A DNA stretch of 63,210 nucleotides from the IMG/VR virus record IMGVR_UViG_3300037502_001755, positions 1-63,210 of that record, one strand, 5' to 3'. Both the position numbers and the translations under genes were made by a program. A model generated the notes under the pieces. That model made no database searches. It was not told where the DNA came from and saw only the letters and a program-made list of their open reading frames with translations. How positions within the stretch are numbered: the stretch's first letter is position 1; every line of letters begins with the position of its first letter. Source of the DNA: a virus (taxonomy: Duplodnaviria > Caudoviricetes). Positions 45,569 through 55,342 of the stretch are shown here, one piece after another.

Positions 45569-46587
45569 GTACCGTCCGCGCATCAACCTACCAAGACGCT
45601 ACCGGTGGCAGCAACGCTGTCTTCAGTGGCGTGGCCTCGCCGCCTAATAGCATGGGGTTCAGGAATCGGATTCTGAACGGAGGGATGGTTATTGACCAGA
45701 GGAATGCTGGGGCGAGTGTGACGCCTGCGACAGACACCTACACGCTGGATCGCTGGGGGTACGCAGCCAGCCAAGCAAGCAAATTCACGGTGCAGCAGAA
45801 CGCCGCTTCTGTTACGCCTCCTGCGGGGTTCACCAACTACCTCGGTGCAACGGTTGCATCGGCGGTGACGATTGGCGCAGCAGATTTCTTTTGGATTCAG
45901 CAATTCATTGAAGGCTACAACATTGCCGATCTGGCGTGGGGCACCGCATCGGCGCAGTCGGTCACGCTGTCGTTCTGGGTTCGATCTTCCCTGACCGGCA
46001 CGTTTGGCGGGGCGCTGCAAAACTCTGCAAACAACCGCTCGTATCCGTTTAGCTTCACGATCAGCGCGGCAAACACTTGGGAATACAAGACGGTCACCAT
46101 CGCCGGTGACACGACGGGAACATGGCTGACGACGAACGGTAAAGGCATCCGTCTGAGCTTCGGTCTGGGTGTTGGCTCTGACCGGACTGGAACTGCTGGA
46201 GCATGGGCCGCCGCCAACTATGCTTCTGCAACGGGTGCGACCAGCGTGGTAGGAACAGCAGGCGCAACTTTCTACGTCACCGGCGTCCAGTTTGAAGCTG
46301 GCACTGTGGCCTCGCCGTTTGAGCGCAGGGACTACGGGCGGGAGTTGATTATGTGTCAGCGGTATTATGAAACTTGCACTGCGCTGAACACAAGGAATAC
46401 TGGCGCTTCTTCAGCAGAAATACGCATTCCGTTTGTCTATAAGCAAGAAAAAAGAGCGTCTCCTACTGTTACGCCTACAACCGGATTGGCGACTGAGGTT
46501 GGAGTTAGTGCTGCCAATTTGTATAACACAACAGGAGCTAATGCTGTTTATAACACCGGCACTATCACTGTTTCTGCGGAGCTGTAA
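45565..46587 (+). CDS. Tail fibre / receptor-binding protein with carbohydrate-binding-like domain
   Basis: RNRILNG..IDQR, DRW, VTLSFWV, GVQFEAG.VASPFE, EL..CQRYY. Confidence 0.8.
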   Translation: MSTVRASTYQDATGGSNAVFSGVASPPNSMGFRNRILNGGMVIDQRNAGASVTPATDTYTLDRWGYAASQASKFTVQQNAASVTPPAGFTNYLGATVASAVTIGAADFFWIQQFIEGYNIADLAWGTASAQSVTLSFWVRSSLTGTFGGALQNSANNRSYPFSFTISAANTWEYKTVTIAGDTTGTWLTTNGKGIRLSFGLGVGSDRTGTAGAWAAANYASATGATSVVGTAGATFYVTGVQFEAGTVASPFERRDYGRELIMCQRYYETCTALNTRNTGASSAEIRIPFVYKQEKRASPTVTPTTGLATEVGVSAANLYNTTGANAVYNTGTITVSAEL

Positions 46588-46731
46588 ATGTACAAACTGA
46601 CGGAATACGGCGATACCATTCAGCGCCTCGCTGACAACGCCTTCATCCCCTTCGACCCCGACAACGCCGACTACCAACAGTACCTCGCGTGGCTGGAGCA
46701 GGGCAACACGCCTCTACCGGCAGATGAGTAA
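46588..46731 (+). CDS. Small fibre chaperone (47 aa)
   Basis: Translated by hand: IPFDPDNADYQQYLAW..GNTP.PAD. Confidence 0.7.
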   Translation: MYKLTEYGDTIQRLADNAFIPFDPDNADYQQYLAWLEQGNTPLPADE

Positions 46732-46733
46732 AC

Positions 46734-47198
46734 ATGATCGATCCGATTACCGCGTTTGCGACCGCGCAGGCTGCGGTAGCGGGCATCCAAAAAGCCATCA
46801 AATTAGGCAAGGACATCAACGGCCTTGTCGGTGAGTTTGGTAGGTTTTTTGACGCGCGGGACGTGGTCCAAAAAGCTGCGAACGATGCGGGTAAATCGGG
46901 GAAGTCTGACACGGGCCGCGCGATGGAGATCGTGATGCAGGCCAACGCCCTGCGCGAGGCGGAAGAGGCGCTCAAACATCAGTTGGTCTACGGCGGTTAC
47001 CCCGAGTTGTGGGAGATGATGCTCAAGGAGCGCATGAAGATCAAGCAGGCGCGCGAGAAGCAAGAACGCGAAGCCAAGATCGCACGCAAGAAGGTGGTGG
47101 CCGAACGCCTGTTGATGGCTCAAATCGTCGGCGGTGCAATCGCAGTCATCATCATCGGCACCATCATCATCTTCATCGTTAAGCAAGCGCTGTCGTGA
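46734..47198 (+). CDS. Coiled-coil protein with C-terminal TM (lysis region)
   Basis: MIDPITAFA; C-terminal hydrophobic helix. Confidence 0.7.
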   Translation: MIDPITAFATAQAAVAGIQKAIKLGKDINGLVGEFGRFFDARDVVQKAANDAGKSGKSDTGRAMEIVMQANALREAEEALKHQLVYGGYPELWEMMLKERMKIKQAREKQEREAKIARKKVVAERLLMAQIVGGAIAVIIIGTIIIFIVKQALS

Positions 47199-47812
47199 GC
47201 GAAGAGAAGGTCAACCCCAACAGCCTGATCGAGAAGATTCTTGGTTACGTTGACTCGCCGTTTAAATTGTTTGCCATCATCTTGATGGCCGTGTTTGCCT
47301 TTGTCGGTTACTTTGTCTGGCAGAACCAGGCCTTCCTGATTGGTGCGTACAAGGAGCAGCAAAAGCTGCCCAGCATCGCCGAGGACCGGGTGGAGGATGC
47401 GGCAGCACATTTGTTCCGAAATACCGAGGCGGTGGTGGTCGCCATCTTTAAAGTGAACCCAATGTTTGGCACCCGCGTCTTATACCGGGCCTACACCAAG
47501 GACGGCAGGGATAAAACCCACGAGGGGTTGGATGTGGGCCTCTTCACCGCCAACGTAGCCAATAACCGGGATGTCGTGGCGCTGATGGCCAGCGAGATTC
47601 CCTGCGGCCCGTACAAGACCGCCCAGTCCGAGATTGGGTTATGGTATATGGAGAGGGGTATGACCTTTGGCTGCCGGATTAGCGTGCCGCCAGAGCAGGG
47701 TAAGTTCGTGGGTCAGATCACGGTGGGCTGGAAAGAGGAGCCGCCGGATGTGGATCAGTACCGGGTTCTTTTGCAGATCGCAGCAACTATGTTGGCAAGG
47801 AGTAAAAAGTAA
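47195..47812 (+). CDS. Single-TM protein with GAF-like domain, resembling T4 holin T
   Basis: N-terminal TM; C-terminal C...VGQITVGW...AATMLARSKK recalls the T4 t C-terminus. Confidence 0.5.
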   Translation: MSEEKVNPNSLIEKILGYVDSPFKLFAIILMAVFAFVGYFVWQNQAFLIGAYKEQQKLPSIAEDRVEDAAAHLFRNTEAVVVAIFKVNPMFGTRVLYRAYTKDGRDKTHEGLDVGLFTANVANNRDVVALMASEIPCGPYKTAQSEIGLWYMERGMTFGCRISVPPEQGKFVGQITVGWKEEPPDVDQYRVLLQIAATMLARSKK

Positions 47813-48309
47813 TGGATTGGCTTAAACAAATAGCTCCAACCATCGCTACGGCGCTGGGCGGACCCTTGGCCGGTATGGCCGTCTCGGCTATCTCCAAAGC
47901 CGTTGGTGTGGACGAGGACAAGGTCCAAGACCTGATCTCCAGCAACAAGATGACGCCCGATCAGATCGCGCAGGTCAAGCTGGCCGAGATCGAGTTAAAG
48001 CGCCAAGAGAATGAACTGGGCCTGAACTTTGAATCGTTGGCCGTGGATGACCGCAAATCCGCTCGTGAGATGCAGGCCACCACCCGCTCCATCGTGCCCC
48101 CCGTGCTGGCTGCAATCGTCACTATCGGGTTCTTCGGCATCATGGTGATGATGCTGCTGGGCAAGGTGGACTCCAACAACCCCGCCATCCTGATGATGCT
48201 GGGCTCCCTCGGTACCGCATGGACCGGGATCATTGCCTATTACTTTGGTTCTAGCGCAGGATCGCAGGCCAAGACTGATCTTCTTTCTAAAGCACCTGCA
48301 ATCAAATGA
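47812..48309 (+). CDS. Holin (3TM/GTA-type)
   Basis: DRKSAREM, two TM helices, YYFGSS. Confidence 0.8.
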   Translation: MDWLKQIAPTIATALGGPLAGMAVSAISKAVGVDEDKVQDLISSNKMTPDQIAQVKLAEIELKRQENELGLNFESLAVDDRKSAREMQATTRSIVPPVLAAIVTIGFFGIMVMMLLGKVDSNNPAILMMLGSLGTAWTGIIAYYFGSSAGSQAKTDLLSKAPAIK

Positions 48310-48908
48310 TGAGCCTCGCAAACACCCTCGCCAAACTCAAAATCAGCGCCGACTGGATCGAGCCTCTGGAAGAGGTTTTCCACCGCTACGAGATCAACAC
48401 CCCAGCGCGGCAGGCTGCGTTCATCGGGCAGTGCGCCCATGAGAGCATGAACTTCAAGACGCTGGAAGAGAACCTGAACTACAGCGCCGAGGCCCTGATG
48501 AAGACTTGGCCGAGCCGGTTCCCGACGATGGAGATTGCCAAACAATACGCCCGCAACCCCGAGAAGATTGCCAACAAGGTCTACGGCGGGCGCATGGGCA
48601 ACGGCACCGAAGAGACGGGGGATGGCTGGCTGTACCACGGGCGCGGGCTGATCCAGCTCACCGGCAAGGACAACTACACGCTGGCAGGGGATGCCCTGAA
48701 TATGGACTTCATCCATTCGCCGGATTACGTGCTGGTCCCCAAGTACGCTGCCTTGACCGCCGGGTGGTACTGGAACAAGCGCCAGCTCAATAAAGAGGCT
48801 GATGCTAAAGACTACACGGGCATGACAAAAAAGATCAACGGCGGTACCATTGGGCTGGACGACCGGATTGCGCACATCCAGCATGCGCAGGCGGTGCTGA
48901 CTGCATAA
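48306..48908 (+). CDS. Endolysin, glycoside hydrolase family 19
   Basis: AAFIGQCAHES, EENLNYS, YHGRGLIQLTGKDNY, TKKINGG. Confidence 0.95.
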   Translation: MMSLANTLAKLKISADWIEPLEEVFHRYEINTPARQAAFIGQCAHESMNFKTLEENLNYSAEALMKTWPSRFPTMEIAKQYARNPEKIANKVYGGRMGNGTEETGDGWLYHGRGLIQLTGKDNYTLAGDALNMDFIHSPDYVLVPKYAALTAGWYWNKRQLNKEADAKDYTGMTKKINGGTIGLDDRIAHIQHAQAVLTA

Positions 48909-48917
48909 GGGCCACTC

Positions 48918-51263
48918 ATGCCGCTCCAGAAAATTCTCTTCAAGCCCGGGGTCAACCGGGAGAACACGCGGTACACGACCGAAGGGGGTTGGTACGACTG
49001 CGAGAAGGTGCGCTTTCGTCAAGGCACGCCCGAGAAGATTGGTGGCTGGCAGCAGATTTCTCCGTACACCTTCCAAGGTGTGTGCCGCTCGCTGTGGACT
49101 TGGGGCACCGTAACCAACCCGACAGTGATCACGGGCGTGGGCACCAACAAGAAGTTCTATATCGAAGAAGGCGGTGCGTACAACGACATCACTCCTGCCC
49201 GCGACTACGAGGGGCCGCTGACCAATCCGTTTGCAGCATCGACGGGGTCCACCACAATCACGGTGACTGACACCGCGCACGGCTGCCAGACGGGGGACTT
49301 TGTAACGTTCCTTGGGGCGCAGGGCCTGAGCACGCAGACTTTTACGAGGTCCTCCGCTACGGACTTTGTCTTGTCTACGGCGCTTGCAGACAACACCCCG
49401 GTGCTGCTCTCCGTTTCTGCGGGCGGCGCTTTGCCGACCGGCTTGCTCACGGGGGTGCAGTATTTTGTGCAGGTGGTGGCGGGCACTACGATCAACTTCT
49501 CGAACGTGATTGACGGTGCGGCTATCAGCACCACCACTGCGGGTTCGGGCACGTTCTCGTTAGAAGTGAATCAAGGCATCACCTCGGCGGTGCTCAACCA
49601 GAACTTCGAAGTCACGCTCGTCAACGCCAACAGTTACACGATCCAGAGTCCAGTGGCTGCAACGGCTTACGACGTGGGCGGAGGCGGCACTTCCGTTTAT
49701 GCCGTGTATGAGGTCCCCACGGGTAGCGAGATTGTTACGCCGCTCAGTGGCTGGGGCGCAGGCTCTTGGAGTTCGGGTCCGTGGGGTGTTGGCACTTCAA
49801 CGCTGATCGGTGCGCGGCTTTGGTATCAGAACAATTTTGGTGAAGACCTCGTTTACGGTTACCGGGGCGGCGCGCTGTACTACTGGAACGCCAAGATTGG
49901 CGTCAGCCCCGGGGTCTTCACCGTGACGATTGCCTCTCCCGGGGTGGTGACGTTTTCCAGTTCGGAGTTGGTGGACGGCACAGCAGTGGTGCTGGAGACG
50001 ACGGGCGCGCTGCCCACGGGCCTCACGGTGGGTGTGGTGTATTACGTTGTCAACGCGGTCAGCAACGTATGTAATCTGGCAGCTACGCCGGGCGGCACGC
50101 CCATCACTACTACTGGCACTCAGTCGGGCGTCCACTATGTGTCGCCTCGGGGGCTCCCGGTTGCGAGTCTGGCGGGGGCGTCCGATGTGCCGACGGCGGT
50201 CAACAATATGATCGTCTCGGATGTGAGTCGGTTCGTGATAGCAATGGGCTGCAATCCGCTGGGAGAGACTGAGATCGACCCAATGCTCATTCGCTGGACT
50301 GATCAGGAGTCGGTGGTGAACTGGACCCCGGCAGCAACCAATCAAGCAGGCGGCACGCGGCTGTCTCACGGCTCTGAGATTCGCACGGGTATCCAGTCTC
50401 GACAGGAGATTTTGGTGTACACCGACGCAGCGTTGTATTCGTTGCAATACCTCGGGCCTCCGTATGTCTGGGGTGCACAGCTTCTGGGTGACAACATCTC
50501 TATCGCCGGAGTGAATACGGCCATCGTTGCGTCCGGTATCACGTACTGGATGGGCGTGGACAAGTTTTACATGTACTCGGGGCGCGTGCAGACATTGCGA
50601 TGCGACCTTCGCCAATACATTTATGGCGACATCAACCTCGACCAGCAGGATCAGTTTTTTGCCGGGACCAACGAAGGCTTCAATGAGGTCTGGTGGTTCT
50701 ACTGCTCGTCTGGCTCCACTGTGGTGGACCGCTACGTGGTCTACAACTACGCTGAGGACATCTGGTACTACGGCACGATGGGGCGCACGGCATGGGTGGA
50801 CTCGGGGCTAAACGCTTACCCGATGGCTGCGACCTACTCCAACAATCTCGTGTTTCACGAACTTGGTGTGGATGACAACGTCTCTGGGACACCCGTTGCG
50901 ATTGATTCGTACATCACCTCGTCTCAGTTTGATATTGGCGACGGTCACGCATTTGGTTTTATTTGGCGTTTGATCCCAGACGTGACGTTCCGTGGCTCGA
51001 CTGCGGCCAGTCCGCAAGTGTCGATGACGCTGCTGCCACTACAAAACTCAGGCTCTGGGTACAACAACCCGCCTTCTGTTGGCGGAACTGACAGCGCGGC
51101 TGTAGTGCGTAGCGCCACGGTTCCTGTCGAGCAATTTACGGGGCAGGTCTACATCCGGGTGCGCGGGCGGCAGATGTCGTTCAAAGTGGCGGGCAACCAG
51201 CTTGGCCTTCAGTGGCAGCTTGGCGCACCGCGTATCGACATCAAACCGGATGGCCGGAGGTAA
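48918..51263 (+). CDS. Tail nozzle (P22 gp10 / tubular B-like) with inserted beta domains
   Basis: KPGVNRE, EKIGGW; propeller-like repeats; EVWWFY, YVVYNY; RVRGRQ. Confidence 0.75.
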   Translation: MPLQKILFKPGVNRENTRYTTEGGWYDCEKVRFRQGTPEKIGGWQQISPYTFQGVCRSLWTWGTVTNPTVITGVGTNKKFYIEEGGAYNDITPARDYEGPLTNPFAASTGSTTITVTDTAHGCQTGDFVTFLGAQGLSTQTFTRSSATDFVLSTALADNTPVLLSVSAGGALPTGLLTGVQYFVQVVAGTTINFSNVIDGAAISTTTAGSGTFSLEVNQGITSAVLNQNFEVTLVNANSYTIQSPVAATAYDVGGGGTSVYAVYEVPTGSEIVTPLSGWGAGSWSSGPWGVGTSTLIGARLWYQNNFGEDLVYGYRGGALYYWNAKIGVSPGVFTVTIASPGVVTFSSSELVDGTAVVLETTGALPTGLTVGVVYYVVNAVSNVCNLAATPGGTPITTTGTQSGVHYVSPRGLPVASLAGASDVPTAVNNMIVSDVSRFVIAMGCNPLGETEIDPMLIRWTDQESVVNWTPAATNQAGGTRLSHGSEIRTGIQSRQEILVYTDAALYSLQYLGPPYVWGAQLLGDNISIAGVNTAIVASGITYWMGVDKFYMYSGRVQTLRCDLRQYIYGDINLDQQDQFFAGTNEGFNEVWWFYCSSGSTVVDRYVVYNYAEDIWYYGTMGRTAWVDSGLNAYPMAATYSNNLVFHELGVDDNVSGTPVAIDSYITSSQFDIGDGHAFGFIWRLIPDVTFRGSTAASPQVSMTLLPLQNSGSGYNNPPSVGGTDSAAVVRSATVPVEQFTGQVYIRVRGRQMSFKVAGNQLGLQWQLGAPRIDIKPDGRR

Positions 51264-51269
51264 AGCAGT

Positions 51270-52004
51270 ATGGACAAAAAATACAAAGTTCAAGGCGCGT
51301 ACTTTGTGCCCAACACGCCGCAGTACGAAGCTTTTGCAAAAGCTGTTTCCAAACGTCCCGACGCATGGACTGCCGCCGGTGGGGTGTACCTTCCTTCAGA
51401 AAAGGAAGTTACCGAACAGAACTACATTCGCGCCCGCCGTGCTAACCCCTTAAACAAGTTCGGGGCAAAAGACCGGATGGAGACCCAAGACTACGGGTAC
51501 GACCGCGAGACCATGGCCAATCTTCTTGGAGCCTACAAAAAGGCCTCAGAAAAACACGGCGTGCAGATGCTGCACCCGGACGATCTAACTAACCTTGCGT
51601 TGGTTGAGGGCCGGTCGAACTTTGGCTACAACGAGTACAACGTCAACAACCGCAGAGCAGCCAAGATTGCACAAGACTTGGTAGCGCAGGGAATCGATCC
51701 GTATGCCGCAGGTTTTCCGGCGGCGATTGTTGATAAACAGATGCAGGCCAAGCGTCTGAATGTTCCGTTTTATCAAGTCTGGAACGGTGCAGGGCCCAAA
51801 GCCAAAGAGTACGCCAAGAAGATCGAAGAGCATCGGTACGCCGTGGAGGACCCGCGTAACAAGGATTTGCGGGACTTTATCCGTCAGACGGTCGGATACA
51901 AAGAACCTGCCGCTCAAGTGGCCATGGCAGCGCCCGAATTTAAACGCGGTGGGCCTGTCAGCATGCCTGAAAGTTACAGTTCCGGAAACTGGAAACTGAT
52001 TTAA
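51270..52004 (+). CDS. Possible lysozyme-fold/transglycosylase virion protein
   Basis: LALVEGRSNFG (candidate catalytic E), WNGAG..AKEY; C-terminal FKRGG tag. Confidence 0.5.
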   Translation: MDKKYKVQGAYFVPNTPQYEAFAKAVSKRPDAWTAAGGVYLPSEKEVTEQNYIRARRANPLNKFGAKDRMETQDYGYDRETMANLLGAYKKASEKHGVQMLHPDDLTNLALVEGRSNFGYNEYNVNNRRAAKIAQDLVAQGIDPYAAGFPAAIVDKQMQAKRLNVPFYQVWNGAGPKAKEYAKKIEEHRYAVEDPRNKDLRDFIRQTVGYKEPAAQVAMAAPEFKRGGPVSMPESYSSGNWKLI

Positions 52005-52016
52005 CGGAAGCTGCTG

Positions 52017-53405
52017 ATGACCCTGATCGTCACCTCTGAGTTTGAACTTAACCGTGTCACAGCGCCGCGTTTACCAAACGCACCTACTGAGTACGAGCAG
52101 CGCTACCACGATCAGTTCGCTGACGTTCTGCGCCTGTATTTCAACCGGCTGGACAACATTCTGGGGCAACTGGTAGCTTCTATGGAAACAATCCCCGTAT
52201 CAATCGGCGGCACCAATACGGACGCTTTTGGGCGGCTGCGGGTCAGCCAGCCCTATACCCTCTTTGACAGCCAGAACCGCTACGCGGCAGACAACCAGTT
52301 TGATGTCGCAACGACCGGGACGGGCACAACTACGTTCCTCTCCAACGAGGCGGCGGTCAAAATGGAAGTCGCCGGGGCGGGCGTGGGCACCGTAACCCGA
52401 CAGTCCTTCCGTTCGTTTCCGTACCAACCGGGCAAGGGCTTGCTGGTGCTGGCAACCTTTGTCATGGACAGCAGCCAGAGCCTGAACCTGACCCAGCGGG
52501 TGGGCTACTACAACGACAGCAACGGCGTGTTCTTCCAGCGCGTGGACGGGACGTATTCTTTTGTGCTACGTTCTAGCTCAATCCCCACTCCGGGTACGCC
52601 CAGTGATGTTCGCACGGTCAATCAATCCTCGTGGAACGGCGACAAGCTGGACGGCACCGGAGCTTCTGGCCTGACGCTGGACCCCTCCAAGGCGCAGATT
52701 TTGTGGATGGACTTTGAGTGGCTGGGTGTCGGCTCGGTGCGCTGCGGCTTCATTATTGACGGCCAGTACATCGTCTGCCACACCTTTGAGAACGCTAACG
52801 ATATCACTAGTGTGTACATGACGACGGCTATTCTACCCGTTCGTTACGAAATTAACACTACAACTTCGGCAGTGGCTGCGTCCATGAAGGCGATCTGCTG
52901 CTCTGTGGTATCTGAGGGTGGCTTTGAGCAGACCTCCATTGACCATGTGGCGCGGCGCACCACGATCTTGGGCACGATTGGGACGACGTTCTTGCCGCTG
53001 GTGTCTATCCGGCTGGCTGCTGGGCGCACGGGCGCGGTGGTGTTACCTAACCGGGTTCAGGTTTTGCCAACCACCAGCCAGAACTACGAGGTTGTTCTAA
53101 TTAAAAACCCAACCCTGACCGGGGCAACTTTTGCGGCTACGGTACCTTCTGATTCCAACGTGGAGTTTGACGTAGCTGCCACCGCCACAACGGGCGGGAC
53201 GATTGTTCAGTCGGATTATCTTGCGTCCAACACCGCCGGGGGCACCGGGAGCACCAGCTTTGCCAACGCCTACAACTTTGACCTCCAGCTTGGCGCGTCG
53301 ATTGCCGGGGTCAGTGATATTTACACCGTAGCAATTCGCACGGTTTCCGGGGCCACAACCGGCGATGCTCTTGGGTCGCTGTCTTTCTTTGATTTGACGC
53401 AGTAA
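52017..53405 (+). CDS. Tail needle/spike with lectin-like head
   Basis: N-terminal P.LP.AP.EY..LRLYFN; DAFGRLRVS, YQPGK, WLGVG.VR.GF. Confidence 0.65.
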   Translation: MTLIVTSEFELNRVTAPRLPNAPTEYEQRYHDQFADVLRLYFNRLDNILGQLVASMETIPVSIGGTNTDAFGRLRVSQPYTLFDSQNRYAADNQFDVATTGTGTTTFLSNEAAVKMEVAGAGVGTVTRQSFRSFPYQPGKGLLVLATFVMDSSQSLNLTQRVGYYNDSNGVFFQRVDGTYSFVLRSSSIPTPGTPSDVRTVNQSSWNGDKLDGTGASGLTLDPSKAQILWMDFEWLGVGSVRCGFIIDGQYIVCHTFENANDITSVYMTTAILPVRYEINTTTSAVAASMKAICCSVVSEGGFEQTSIDHVARRTTILGTIGTTFLPLVSIRLAAGRTGAVVLPNRVQVLPTTSQNYEVVLIKNPTLTGATFAATVPSDSNVEFDVAATATTGGTIVQSDYLASNTAGGTGSTSFANAYNFDLQLGASIAGVSDIYTVAIRTVSGATTGDALGSLSFFDLTQ

Positions 53406-53434
53406 TTGCCTCTAAGAACCCCCCATGTTAGACT
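53406..53434 (+). promoter_or_regulatory. Promoter TTGCCT-17-TAGACT with TG extension, upstream of the ejection genes
   Basis: Hexamers at 53406-11 and 53429-34. Confidence 0.6.
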
Positions 53435-53462
53435 CAATTAACCCCCATTCCGTGAGGCCCCA

Positions 53463-54881
53463 ATGAGCCTACAAGTTGCCGCTAAACACCTTGCATCCAA
53501 GGGCCGTGGTCCGGACACGATGCTTGTCCACATGGCTCCGAGCGAAGTCGCGGGGCTGCAAGCGTTGGCGCGTGCTCATGGTGGCACGCTGACTACCAAC
53601 CCAGATACCGGCCTGCCTGAAGCTGGGTTTTTAAGAGCAATTCTGCCGATGGTTGCCGGTGCGGGGCTGACGTTTATTTCCGGCGGCGCTATCAACCCGC
53701 TGACAGCGGGCCTTATCACGGGCGGTGTTACTGGTGTGGCTACCGGCAGTCTCAAACAAGGTTTGATGGCGGGCCTTGGCGCTTATGGTGGTGCAGGTAT
53801 TGGCAGTGTGGTGAGCGGTGCTGGCGCTGGCGCTGCTTCCAATATGGCTGCCGCAGAAGCCGCAGCGGCGGGCGAGCTTGCTGCGCAACAAGCGATTATC
53901 CCGTCTGGTATTCCCGCAGCGCCTGTTACTCCAGTGGCTCCGCCTGTTGCCACTGCGCCTGTTGTGCCCGCAGAATACGCTTCGCTTAGTGCGACTCCTG
54001 ATAACTTTGGTGCGTTTGGGGAGCCGCCGATCTCGGCTACCCCCGCTGCACCTGCTGCATCGGTGACTGACCCAGTCACCCGGATGAACATGGAAGTTGC
54101 ACAGGGAGCGCCTACGGTTATGAATAGCCCCGCACCCGCCGCTTCTACTCCGTACTATCCTGAAAATGTTGGTGGCGAGTACATGCGCCCCACTGGTCCA
54201 AGCTACGAGCAGATGCGCTCGGCGGGTTTATCTGACGCACAAATTTCGCAGAGCGCACGAGATTACGCATCCAACATGAAAGGGTTTGCACAAGACCCGT
54301 TCTCTCCGGCCACGCGTGAAGCGATGTCCAGCCCGATTTCGACAGGCATCAAAGCAATCGCTGACAAGCCGTCGCTGCTCTTCAACAAAGAGAACCTCAA
54401 GTACGGTGCCGCTGCTGCTGCGCCGCTGATGTTCCAAGAACCCGAAAAAGGTTCCGGCTATCAAGGCAGCGGCCCCAATCCGTTCCAGTACGAGTACGAC
54501 CCCAACACGCAGACCTACGCCTCCACGTCGTCCTCCAGTGCGGAGCGGCAGTACTTTGATCCGCGCTATCGGCGTTTGGCCTCAGGCGGCATCTCTAACT
54601 TGGGCGACTACTCTGATGGCGGTCGCCTGCTGCGCGGCCCCGGTGATGGCGTCTCGGACTCCATTCCTGCATCTATTGCCGATAAGCGCCCCGCACGCCT
54701 TGCCGATGGTGAGTTCGTGGTCCCCGCGCGTGTTGTGTCTGAACTGGGTAACGGCTCGACTGAGGCAGGCGCGCGTAAGCTGTACGCCATGATGGACCGT
54801 ATTCAGAAAAATCGCGCTAAGACTATTGGTAAAGGCAAGGTAGCTGTAAACAGCCGCTCTGAGAAGCTGCTTCCGGCATGA
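53463..54881 (+). CDS. Internal virion/ejection protein with conserved N- and C-terminal modules
   Basis: GRGPDTMLVH...NPDTGLPE; Gly-rich TM region; YSDGG..GPGDGVSDSIPA..DGEFVVPA. Confidence 0.7.
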   Translation: MSLQVAAKHLASKGRGPDTMLVHMAPSEVAGLQALARAHGGTLTTNPDTGLPEAGFLRAILPMVAGAGLTFISGGAINPLTAGLITGGVTGVATGSLKQGLMAGLGAYGGAGIGSVVSGAGAGAASNMAAAEAAAAGELAAQQAIIPSGIPAAPVTPVAPPVATAPVVPAEYASLSATPDNFGAFGEPPISATPAAPAASVTDPVTRMNMEVAQGAPTVMNSPAPAASTPYYPENVGGEYMRPTGPSYEQMRSAGLSDAQISQSARDYASNMKGFAQDPFSPATREAMSSPISTGIKAIADKPSLLFNKENLKYGAAAAAPLMFQEPEKGSGYQGSGPNPFQYEYDPNTQTYASTSSSSAERQYFDPRYRRLASGGISNLGDYSDGGRLLRGPGDGVSDSIPASIADKRPARLADGEFVVPARVVSELGNGSTEAGARKLYAMMDRIQKNRAKTIGKGKVAVNSRSEKLLPA

Positions 54882-55342
54882 GCATTCAATACGCTGTAGA
54901 AGACCCCGCGACCTTCATCGAGGAGTTCAAAGTGCTCGCCCCAGCCCACTACGAAGAGCTGTGTGTGACCAAGGACTTCCCGATGGACCCGGACCTTGAA
55001 GCGTATGGCAAGCTACATATGGCGGGGATGCTCAAGTGTGTGACGGCACGGGATGATGAAGAGCTGGTTGGGTACGCTATTTTTATTGTGCAGCCGCACC
55101 TGCACTACAAGTCATGTAAGACAGCGTTTGAGGATTTGTATTTCCTCAAGAAGACACACCGACTGGGGCGCACGGGTATCCGGCTCTTTCAGTTTGCAGA
55201 AGAGGCGCTTCGCGCAGAAGGGGTGCACCGCATCATCTTCCATACGAAAGTGCATTTAGACAATTCGCGGCTGTTTGAGTACTTGGGCTACAAGCACACG
55301 GACAAGCTGTACACAAAGATACTGAGTACGGAGCAATCATGA
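54878..55342 (+). CDS. GNAT-family acyltransferase
   Basis: ELVGYAIF, DLYFLKKTHR.GRTG..L, RLFEYLGY. Confidence 0.85.
   Translation: MSIQYAVEDPATFIEEFKVLAPAHYEELCVTKDFPMDPDLEAYGKLHMAGMLKCVTARDDEELVGYAIFIVQPHLHYKSCKTAFEDLYFLKKTHRLGRTGIRLFQFAEEALRAEGVHRIIFHTKVHLDNSRLFEYLGYKHTDKLYTKILSTEQS

Noticed and set aside
43894-46731. Diversity-generating retroelement acting on the fibres
   Set aside because: No reverse transcriptase and no TR/VR repeat pair seen
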